33,497 nt of DNA from Basidiobolus ranarum (taxonomy: Eukaryota). The translations under genes and the position numbers were made by a program. Under the pieces are notes generated by a model. That model was given only the letters and a program-made list of their open reading frames with translations, did no database searches and was not told the DNA's origin. Shown one piece after another: positions 12,623 through 22,903 of this stretch; within the stretch, counting starts at the first letter, position 1, and every line of letters begins with the position of its first letter. The stretch covers positions 1 through 33,497 of the forward strand of contig JASJQH010006950.1 in NCBI GenBank assembly GCA_040143965.1, in the 5' to 3' direction.

Positions 12623-12720
12623 AGTGACCGTGAATATACGTTCGTAGATAATTGGTATTATTTGATTCAAGTTGATTTACTCCTTCCCGCTTTACTTTTT
12701 TTCTCAAGAATAAAGGTATA

Positions 12721-14058
12721 ATGCTTGCCAGGTTACCCGGAAGAAACTTGTACAATTCATTGCGGATTCCTGGAAGTCTTCGTAGGTTTACTTCCAGTTC
12801 TGGCTTATTTCATGAAAACCCCTTGGTAAATTAGTGTTTCTTCCAATAATTCAATTCGCATTTATTCTGAGCCTTATTTTCTCAAAACTCAGGGTCTTCC
12901 ACGTTCTGGTCAACCACCAACTATGCCTAGAGCCCAGAGAGGATTACCACAAAAAAGGGCTATTCCAGGTGTGAAGCATATAATTGCCGTATCCTCCGGT
13001 AAAGGTGGAGTCGGTAAATCTACAACAGCAGGTTGGCTATATTCTGTAAAGACAATAGAAGGATATTGGTTGAATAGTTTTTTAAATATGTAAACATTTA
13101 TCAGTGAATATTGCACTTGCTGCCTCGACCTTTCAAAAGAAAGTTGGTATACTCGATGCTGATATCTTTGGACCTTCAATACCCAAGCTGATGAATTTGA
13201 AAGGAGAGCCTGAGTTAACGGAGCAAGGTACAGTTGTGACGCACTATAGCTTGTCCAACATAGTTGGTCATTGCAAGTAGAGGACTAACTAGTCTCTTGT
13301 CATTATCTAGGCCGTTTACTGCCATTGACAAATTATGGGGTTAAAACTATGTCTATGGGATACTTAGTCAAGGAAGACAATCCTGTGGTTTGGAGAGGCT
13401 TGATGGTGACTATTTTAAAAGTTTCAAACTTCAGAAACCCCATGTATTGATGATTAAGAATTTCAGGTAATGAAAGCTCTTCAGCAGTTGATGTATGAAG
13501 TTGATTGGGGCCAACTGGATCTCTTGGTAATTGATATGCCGCCTGGCACTGGCGATACTCAACTTACAATCTCACAATTCTTGCCACTATCTGGTATCTT
13601 ATTTGAATATTACCTTCATTTGGCATGCTAGCAATGTATTAATTAGGACTTCAATAGGTGCAGTCATTATTTCCACCCCACAAGATATTGCCCTAATCGA
13701 TGCGAGAAAAGGAGTCAACATGTTTAGAAAAGTGAATATTCCGGTGAGTGTCCTTTCAAAGATACCTCAATAATGATTACCACTGACGTATTCTCTTAAG
13801 ATCTTGGGCATGGTACAGAATATGAGCATGTTCGTATGTCCCAATTGTAACCATGAAAGTCACATTTTTGGCCAAAATGGTGCCATTAAGACAGCCGAAG
13901 AAATGGGAATGACTGTTCTAGGGGACATCCCCCTACATGCAGATATTTGTGACCTTTCTGACCAAGGTAAGCCTATTACTGTTGCGCGTCCAGACAGTGT
14001 GTATGCCGAATGTTATAAAAATATTGCTCAAAATATTTTACGCCAAATATTTGTTTAA
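12721..14058 (+). CDS. IND1: Mitochondrial Mrp/NBP35-family Fe-S assembly P-loop NTPase for complex I (Ind1/NUBPL; 7 exons)
   Basis: Arg/Ser-rich presequence, [65 protein letters not shown]. Confidence 0.95.
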
Positions 14059-14405
14059 AATAAACCTAAATACCAGTATGTGCTATTCCAGAATATATTC
14101 GTTTGAAATTCACATCAAGATCATGCCGGCAATAAACAAGTTGTTAAATATTGAGTCTCATGTGCAGTCCTAACTATTGCTTGTGGCTTTGTTCGTGCTA
14201 ACCTATCCCTTCTCAACCCAGTTCTGTTACCCTCTCAGTTCTACGCATCTTGTAATTCACTTCTATTTATCATATCACGAATAAACTAGTAGTGTTAGTT
14301 TTGATTCTAATACCTATCACTTGGCTATTCCATACTTTTGGTTAGTAGAGTTTTCGGTCACCGACAGTAACTTCATTGAATCTTGACTCTATACGATAAA
14401 TCAAG

Positions 14406-15271
14406 ATGGGTAGAATCGTGGTTGCTTTCGATAATACAAAATACTCCCGGTTAGTTGACTTCTTCAAAGTAAATCGTCTATTTTCTTACCTGGACTTTTC
14501 AACATAGAAATGCTTTATTGTGGACTATAGATAATGTATACCGACCTGAACACCAGGTTACCTTACTTACCGTTGGTGTCTTTTCGTATAAATTTGGAGA
14601 GTTAGGCTCTAACTCACCTGAGACTGCGCAGTACCAAAGTAACTATCCTCTCATTTTACTTTAAAGATAGCTGTTATCCTATTCAACCATCTATTAAGTC
14701 TACATTTTCCCTGTCTTATTTAGATTCGTGGGTAAACCAGGATGGACAGAAACCTGCAGAGATTAAGGCAAAACAAGAAGCAGATGAGATACTTGCTCAA
14801 GGAATAGTGTGGCTTAATGAGCAATTGGGACAGAAAAATATCAAGGTTTTTTTCCACTAGTCTATATTTCCTTGTTCTCAATAGTACCTAACATGTTTTG
14901 TTTGAAAAATGAAAAGATTCATTGTCATGCAGTGGCTTTAACTGGGGTTGATCCCCGAACGCGAATTGTGGACTATGTCTCTTCACAGGACACTTATATG
15001 CTTGTGGTTGGAGACCGTGGCTTGAACGCAATGCAAAGGCTTGTCTTACTTATTCAAACATTGAACTGTTGGTATATGGAATAATGACATTCATTTACAG
15101 TCAAATTTTAGGAAGCGTCAGTAAACATTGTATCCATAGTGCACCTTGTCCCGGTATACGGTTATAGAATTTATATGCATGTGGCAACTAACTAATGTTA
15201 AGTTCATTTATTTAGTGCTCACAGTCAAGTTTCACGAAACACAAGAGCATCAATCGCCGTCACCATCGTGA
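14406..15271 (+). CDS. Universal stress protein (UspA family; 6 exons, one GC-AG intron)
   Basis: MGRIVVAFDNTKYSR|NALLWTIDN; DPRTRIVDY; MLVVGDRG-x9-GSVSKHCIHSAPCP|VLTVK; TGA at 15269-15271. Confidence 0.88.
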
Positions 15272-15783
15272 TTCAAGTCATCAACTTACATAATAATGAT
15301 GGTTGTAAAATTTATGGTAGATGAAAGCACTTTCTGATAATAAATCGAGGATCTTTTCGGTAATAAATATATTTTCGTAACACTTCATGTAAAAAAGGGG
15401 ATGATTAACATTCGAAGGAATATCATCCACATAAAAGCCGCATAATATCCGGTTCATGATTCCATCCATCATTGTACTATGTATAACGTAACCTCAAGAA
15501 TAGATGAGATTGGTTATGATATATTCGTCGTAAGAGCCATTGGTTGAGATCCAGTCAAGTGAGGGGGACTGACCTATACTGGTGTAGGTGATGATTGGGC
15601 GTTCTGATTTTATTCAAGTATAAAGAAGCACTACCGTCTCTACTTATTATTGGGTTTCGTGACTGTCTTTGCGTCTCGTGGACCCTTTCTCTGTGCTCAC
15701 TAAAATCCCACCCGATCCTATATAAAAATTCCCTCCCCCCAACTTGGATGAGGAAATCTTTTTCATTCTATCCTTTTCAAATA

Positions 15784-16989
15784 ATGCCTTCTACTCAGCC
15801 CTCTACATATACTGAGTTTCACACCTCAAAAAAACCATCCAAAAATTCCTCTTCCCCGTTCCTGAATTCAGATAGAATGAAAAAAGGTGGTTCATCGCCA
15901 TTTGTTTCATCATCTACTGGCGATAAAGCCAATAAATCTACCAAAGCGAAACCAGACACTCCCCAAGACAATAAAAGTGACTTCTCAACACCTTCACACA
16001 GCTGGCCTATATTTTTTGCCATATTACCCCCGGTTGTGTCGGTATTTCATGGTGATGCTAGGGCCTGGAGTGACTTGATGTTGCTTGCTTTGGTTGGGTT
16101 CTACCTCTTCTTGGTCATCAAAGGTATGTTGTTGAGATTTTTATTTTCGCCACACAACAGGTCGTAACCCATTTCATAAGTTCCATGGGAGCTCTATTTC
16201 GCAGCCCGTAAACGTCGAGTAAACCAGGTTGGACAAAGTAATCAGCCTGGGAATGCAGCGCAAGAAGCTATTCGTTCAGAAGCAATCAAGAAACTGCATC
16301 GTCAAGAACAACTCTCATTACTGCTGGTGTTGGTATCACCTGGCTTAGGTGGATATCTTCTACAAATATCACGACAATTCCTTTCTGATTACGACAAATA
16401 CTTTTCGCAGCTGAATATCATGATATTCATCTTTGCGGCAGGAATTAAACCTGCTTCGCATTTGATTGGACTGATTAAGAACCGAGCATTGCACCTACAA
16501 CAGGAGATTCATTACCCAAATAGCGAAGTGGAGGAGTTACGTACTCGTTTGGCGAGTCTGGAGAGTGAAATTCATAAATTACGTGCAGCCTCAGCCACTC
16601 GGTTCGAGGTTGGCGAGTACAAACAGGATTTGCAACCAGCTCTGATTGAACTAACCAGATGGTTTCAAAAGTTTGAGCTACGTGAACAAATATGCAAGAA
16701 ACAGCAAGAAATCAAGGTGGATGAGATGGAAATGCGTCTAAGTAAAATCGAATTGAATGTGGCAAACGTACATGGGGCAGAGAATCTAAGGAGTAAAAAT
16801 GGGTTGATCTGGTTGGTTGATTTGATATCAAGAGTTATATGGCTGCCATTGAATGTATTTGTATTTTGTCTGCATTGCTTCAATTATCTAATCCCGTATC
16901 GACTTCTTCAACACGCTGAGGCCCCAGCACCTAAAGGATCCGTGGGAAAGCGCAAACCTGTCGGTTCCCTCTCAAAGCATGGATACTAG
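15784..16989 (+). CDS. Uncharacterised multi-pass membrane protein with coiled coil (exons 15784-16123, 16181-16989)
   Basis: Ser-rich N-terminus, hydrophobic segments (WPIFFAILPP; WSDLMLLALVGFYLFLVIK|VPWELY; LLLVLVSPGLGG; IMIFIFAAGIKP), heptad region (EVEELRTRLASLESEI) and a C-terminal hydrophobic helix. Splice is in frame. Confidence 0.8.
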
Positions 16990-17143
16990 CTACCATTCTG
17001 CGAATATAGCCAGTTTCAGTGTAATATTAATATAGTTTTGTTTATTTATTGCATGTATATCCCGATTCTTTAGAGTAACAGATTGGAATAAACTTTGGAT
17101 GTAAAATATTGAAGCTTTGGTACAAATCGATACAATGTTTCCT

Positions 17144-18696
17144 CTACAATTTGGATTGTTTAGGCTGCATCTTCTCATAAACACCTGCAGAGAGGTAATC
17201 CCGTGGTGCTGCTGCGATATGATTGCCTAGGTTGCTGATGTCAACCATGCTGGAGTTGATTTGATCGATAGAGGTCACACCCATCAAACGCATGACCATC
17301 TCAAACTCATCTTTAAGTAATTGTATAACTCGCTCGACACCCTCGTCGCCATAGGTAGACATGGCGTAAAGTGTTGGACGTCCAAGACCAACGGCCTTGG
17401 CACCTAATGCAATGGCTTTAAATATATCCGAGCCACGACGGATGCCTCCATCAATATAAACGTCGAACTTGGTAAGGTCGGCTCCAGCTGCCTTTAGTGC
17501 TGCGATGGCAGAAGGAAGAACCTCGATAGCGGATGGACTAGTATCTAGCTGACGACCACCATGGTTGGAGATGACGATACCCGCGCATCCATATTTCCAT
17601 GCCAGTACGGCATCTTCCGCGCATTGAATACCCTTAATAACGATGGGCATCTTCGTAATCGACTTGAACCATTTAACATCGTTCCAGCAAAGTCCTGGAT
17701 CAATGAATTTGGAGATGGCCCTAGCCGCCCCTTCATCACGTGTTTTCAAATCCTTATCTTCTTGCATATCAGGTGGATTGATAACAAACTTCTGTCTCAT
17801 ATCTTTCTCCCTACGACCTAACTGTGGAGCATCAGCAGTAATGAATAACGCTTTACATCCTTTAGCTTCGGCAGTACGAACGATTTGTTCGGAAATCTTG
17901 CGATCGGAATTGACGTAGAGTTGATAAAATAATACTTGTCCCACAATCGAGGCATTTATCATTTCATCCAGTGAGCATGAAGCCAATGTTGGAAGTAACT
18001 GAATAATCTTTTGTTGATTAGCGGCTCGGGTTAAAACCACTTCACCTTCAGGATGTCCAAGCTTACCTGTATTGTATAAAAACAAAGTCCATTAGTATTG
18101 TATTATACGAAAGATATTTTTCAGAGAGATTTCAAACCTAAAGCACAAGCGGTGATATATAATGGGAAAGAAGACTTATGGCCAAGTAAATTAGTACTAA
18201 AATCCACGTTGGTAACGTTCACCATAACACGAGGCTTCAACCAGATACGATGGAAAGCATTATGGTTCTCTCGTAGAGTTATCTCATCGTCAGCACCGGA
18301 CGAGTAGTAAGCCCAAGCATCAGCTCTCAGGGTTTGTTTAGCAACAGCCTCAAAGTCATAGAGGTTGAGCATTTCAGAAATATGAGGTTTGTTTCGAATA
18401 GCAGTTTGACGAATCTTTTCTTCTGGTGTTTCTTCCTTCTTCTCGACAATAATAGTAGAAGCATCAACCTCACCAAGACATACTTCGGGAGGAAGATATT
18501 TGGCAATAATGTCTATGGGGTGGATAGGGTCAAAGGCTTCGGTCGCATCCTTACCGGCATACTTCAAGAGGATCTTCTTCCCACCTGGATGTTCATTGAG
18601 AAATTCAGTCAAGTCGTAAATCTTGCCGTGGATGATCAACCAGCAAGATTCAGGAGAGTTGTGTTTTGCAACTTCTAAGGCAGAGGTAAGTTTCAT
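17144..18696 (-). CDS. CYB2: Flavocytochrome b2 / L-lactate dehydrogenase (cytochrome b5 domain + FMN hydroxy-acid dehydrogenase), about 493 aa, C-terminal SKL (intron 18067-18137)
   Basis: Heme domain (HNSPESCWLIIHGKIYDLTEFLNEHPGG), AWAYYSSGADDEITLREN, YQLYV, DAPQLGRREKD, IKG, SNHGGRQLD, DGGIRRGSD. Confidence 0.93.
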
Positions 18697-19033
18697 GACA
18701 ATAATCTAATCTGTAAGAAGGGAGAAAACAAACAGGAATTCAATAAGGAGACGCTCCCAAAAGTGTCTTCAAATAGTTTTGGTATTCAGGCCAAGAAGAC
18801 CCCATATTTATTGTACAAAGATCGGTTTTCAGAATGTGACTGTCGACCTAGATATTTCTACCACCGGTTGATTCGTGAGAATGGCTAGATTAAGTCATTC
18901 GTTGTAACGTTCACCTAGTTTTTGGGATTATTGAGATCCTCAACAATCCCAAATAGTGACATGTGGTGGATTAGTATGGAAATTATAGAACAAACAGCAC
19001 TATTTAGCTACATCCACATCCATAAGCCTCTCT

Positions 19034-19364
19034 CTCCACAATATTTCTAGATCCGTCTGAAATTCACCCACTTGGTTCTGACCCCAGACCAATATGCTCA
19101 GTGGATGACGGCCGGGTGAGAATGGTGAATTTCAAGTTACATCGCATATTTAGCCGGATGGCCCTCAAACTCTTGGATCTAGATAGTGAACAAATTCAAT
19201 TTAATCTTCTCATATCAATATGTGACAGGTTTCATGTTGATGACACTTCGTGACCCCTTGTTATCCTATCATGTCGCAGCTGCATTCGTCACCTTCACAC
19301 CTGTGAAGTGTGGGTGCGAGTGCGAGTACATCTGAACCACAAGTACATATAGCCCCATCCCCAC
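19034..19364 (-). promoter_or_regulatory. Three SYGGRG (CreA/Mig1-type) matches upstream of the flavocytochrome b2 gene
   Basis: CTCCAC 19034-19039, CCCCAG 19082-19087 and CCCCAC 19359-19364. The motif is short, so chance matches are likely. Confidence 0.25.
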
Positions 19365-19409
19365 TGGCTCTGAAATGATGTCAAAGATGTTTATTTGTTG
19401 TCAAATAAT

Positions 19410-20604
19410 CTACAAAGCAGGTAAAGGTTCCGATTTGACTGGTTCAGCATTGGGTAATGGATAGGTGAGAGAGGATAACAAACGCATGTAACCTATTCTC
19501 TTGACAAGATCTAAATCCTCTTGGGATCTGAACAACAGCATTCCAGAAAAGCCAAGTGAATTGACTGAAATCTGGCCAAACTTCTCTTCTTTGCGGGGAA
19601 CAATCAGCATCCAGGTGGAAGTGACCAATAAGTTGTACGACACGGGGCCCTCCAGGCGGATGCCTTCACCCAAGTGGTACTTGGCAACGTTCTCAAACAC
19701 AGAGTCTAAAAGATCAGAGTAAAGATCAACTAAATACTCTCCAACGGCTTCGGGTTCTTTCAGCTCCTTGATTTTTTCTTGGTCAAACAGAACACCATAG
19801 TGGAGGAAAGGGAGGCCGGGAAGCTGGCTGGTTTTTCCTATTGGTTGGATGGTAAGATTATCCGCTTCAATAAAGTATGACTTTCTTCATTAACTTACCG
19901 GGAACAAGTTTGGTGTTGACGAAGAATTGGTCCATTGGTGGAACTTCAAGCTTTTCTAAGGGGAGGATTTGCATATGCTTGTGAGGTTGACTACATTGCT
20001 ATATCGTAAGTAGGTGCAACGTTGGGTTCACTTGTATCTATAGTATTACCTAGCACCTGACATGGGTCCACTGTTATAGAAACCTAGTGTTTTCTGCTTA
20101 TGAACACTGGTCATTGTTTTCCAAAGAGCAGCGAAGTCGGAGGGATTGATAGGCAATGACTGACGCTCAAACTCTATAATTGGTAATTGTTTGGCATAAG
20201 AAAACCCTCGAGCGTGTAAGTTGAATAATATTATTACCTTTGGTGACGACCAAAAGATGCCCAGGGACTACACAGAATTTGTTTAATAACACTACATGCT
20301 TCTCCAATTCAGTCACACATAAATCAGGGTTATAGGGAAGGAAAGGGTTGGTTGGCTTTGCAGATTTGTCAGAACTTTCCTCATTAGAGGCCTGTACAGG
20401 TTTCTTTTCTAATTGAGGTACTAAACGAAGTTCGTACTATAGAGAGCAGAGATCAGCGTGACGTTCAATCATGAAGTAGTAAAGTCGAATACATACCTCT
20501 ACACCATCTTCTGAGAAAGTTTCAACCGTGGTATCGGTAAAAATCAACTCACCCTTTTTCAAGGCAGCTTCGTGAGTCTTTTGGATCTGGTCGTCGAGGG
20601 CCAT
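19410..20604 (-). CDS. APA2: Diadenosine tetraphosphate (Ap4A) phosphorylase / ATP adenylyltransferase, Apa1/Apa2 family (5 exons)
   Basis: ALKKGELIF, NPFLPY, LLNKFCVVPGHLLVVTK|EFERQ, FYNSGPMSGA|SQPHKHMQ (HxHxQ), SYNLLVT..WMLIVPR, SVNSLGFSGMLL. Confidence 0.92.
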
Positions 20605-21049
20605 TTCGTTTGGAAAAGTAGAGGCAAGAAACAAGATGTCCCGGAATTCAGATTGGACAGATATAATGAGCTACATTTGGTCAGTAACTTGATTATCTCA
20701 CCTTGGATTACTTGTAAACAACAGCTCTCCTGGCTCGATAATAACAAGTCTAGGCCTGAAAATATCGTGGAATTCCTTATATGGATTGGCCAATTCTCAG
20801 CAGAAATCCCATGTTTTCGTTCAAGATATTCAACTAAAATATACATTCTGTCAATAACTTTAATCAATGTTAAGTGGTGAGTAAGGGAAAACCCGTAAAA
20901 AAAACGATTTTAGTGATAATAGAAATGATTAGGTTTATGTGATGCTCAAGATATTTCTACATTTTCGAAATCAAGCTTTTACAAAGTGACCACACTAGAG
21001 GTAGTAAATAATATCTTGGTAGAAAAGTTCAACAGTACTGTTGCAAAAC

Positions 21050-22346
21050 ATGAAAGATGATACCAAAGATACAAAAAACGGCCGTCAAGATGTTCTTGCT
21101 TTAAAACAAAAACTTGCTGATACACTTGGTGAAAACGGTCCTCTCTACTGGAACGCTTTGAAGGATTTCGTCACTGGAAAACTCAATAGACAAGAATTCG
21201 ATTTCTACGCAAATCTGTACATTCCCAGAGAACATGGTATTTTATTCTGACTGATTGTCATTAATGTCACTTGATCTTGTTGTATTTTTTTCCTTGTCTA
21301 ACTTTGAATGTATAGTCAAACTACATAATGCTTTCATCTTGGCCAATATTTCAAATGCTCAGAAAGCTGCGCCCCCACCACCTAGTCAACGCTCCACAAA
21401 ATGGTTGAAACGTAAGAAAGATCGTACATCACTAGAGAAAGACCCCAAGAAGAAGAAATTAAGGCAGGATATATTATCATTAAAGAAAGCAGATCGCGAT
21501 CGAATCAAAGTCCTTTTGGTAATTACTCTCTGACAAGTTTTCTCTTCTGAGTCAAGTGCCTGTTGTTTTATTAATATCTTAACTTTGTAGAAAACGCGTA
21601 GTACTCCCGCCAAGCCTCTTCCTTTGAGGTCAACCTCTCGCAGTATTCCCTTTCCCCCCGGTAGCATTCCGCCTAGTAAGAGTAAATCAAATTCCTCAAC
21701 TTTCTTCAAATGTACTTATTTTATGCATCGTAGATTACATCAGTGAAGTGAACAAAGGATATCAAGCACCTTTATGCTATGATTCTAAAGAGCTCCCTGA
21801 TGGAGAAATACTACACGAGAGAATGACCACAATAGCATTGGAACATGGATTACTGAACGGAGTCACCCCTGACAGTATTGAAGTTCTTCAATACGCCCTT
21901 GAGGTAAACATGGTTGAGCATTGTACTTTGTCTGTATTCCCAAGAGCTTATCATTTCCATTGCAACTTTTACTTCAGAGCCATCTTAAGACCATCATTAG
22001 CAATTGTATATATAAAGTCCGGTGTAATCGGTCCATGGGCATCATCACCTCCGATGCGCCATCGAATCTTCGTGAGCGTAGTGATATATTCTTCAAGAAA
22101 AACCTAGCCAAAAGTGTATATGAGATGCAGCCGACCAAGCTTAGTGCACCTCCGCCCAAAACGTTGCTTCGTTTACGAGATCTTGCGTTCTCCTTCGAAA
22201 TAGCTCCGTTTACGATGATTGAGATGCCCCTGGTTGCTGAGAGACTGACCTCCATATTATACGAAGACACTGACGATGAGGGAGGAGAGGAGGAAGAGGA
22301 GGAGGACGAGGAAATGGAGCATGATACGCGCGTCATTAAGATTTAA
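21050..22346 (+). CDS. HFI1: SAGA complex subunit Ada1/Hfi1/TADA1 (5 exons)
   Basis: LKQKLADTLG..YWNALKDFVTGKLNRQEFD, LHNAFILANI, histone-fold region ELPDGEILHERMTTIALEHGL..ALE|SHLKTII, acidic C-terminus. Confidence 0.85.
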
Positions 22347-22682
22347 ACTTGGCTATATCTGTATGTTAAAAATAATTCAGCGTCTCTGTCGCTATACCTC
22401 TTATTTTCTCCTTTAGCTGTCCATATGTATAAATAGAGTTATTTCCACTTCCTTTTATCTTCTTTATTATGCCATGTGTGTCTATTGCCTTCACTGCTTG
22501 CAACTATGGCCCGAGTGAGAGAGCTAACACGTCGGTTAATTTTGGATTTTGGCTAGACTCCATAAATCTCATGTTGACCAATAAAGCGAAATAGAGCTTT
22601 GGTTCACAATTCTTTCTCTGCTCATGCAAACTGACTGCACTGACGCTATGTAACAACGAGATTTATCATGAGCATTTATCTA

Positions 22683-22705
22683 ATGATCGAATGATCGAAT
22701 GATCG
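22683..22705. repeat. Short 8-bp tandem repeat (ATGATCGA) x about 3 upstream of WBP1
   Basis: atgatcga atgatcga atgatcg read directly. Confidence 0.75.
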
Positions 22706-22903
22706 CACAGATTCGTAAATATCTGTGACGATACATGTTTGTTCCAATCAGATATGATCTCTATTAGACCAATAGAATCTGCTATGCTGGCTTTTATACT
22801 CAATCAACTAATAGGTAAGAGGAAGCTCGGAAAGAATTACTTCAATACTTAGACTAATTGTTGCCTTGCCACACGTTACTTGGTTAGCAGTAAACATACA
22901 GTC

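Noticed and set aside
15269..15340. Selenocysteine or readthrough at TGA stops (USP; also TLG2, WBP1, uridine-kinase-like)
   Set aside because: Each TGA falls at the expected end of the family domain; no SECIS-like structure, TGA-CTA context or cryptic PTS1 extension was seen.
15588..15607. GTGATGA...CTGA box C/D pair
   Set aside because: Only 9 nt between the boxes, too short for a snoRNA; it overlaps a probable CCAAT box (GATTGG).
2716..20604. Possible metabolic gene cluster (CBR1, CYB2, IND1, PPAT, Ap4A phosphorylase)
   Set aside because: Interspersed with unrelated housekeeping genes; no shared pathway, backbone enzyme or dedicated regulator.
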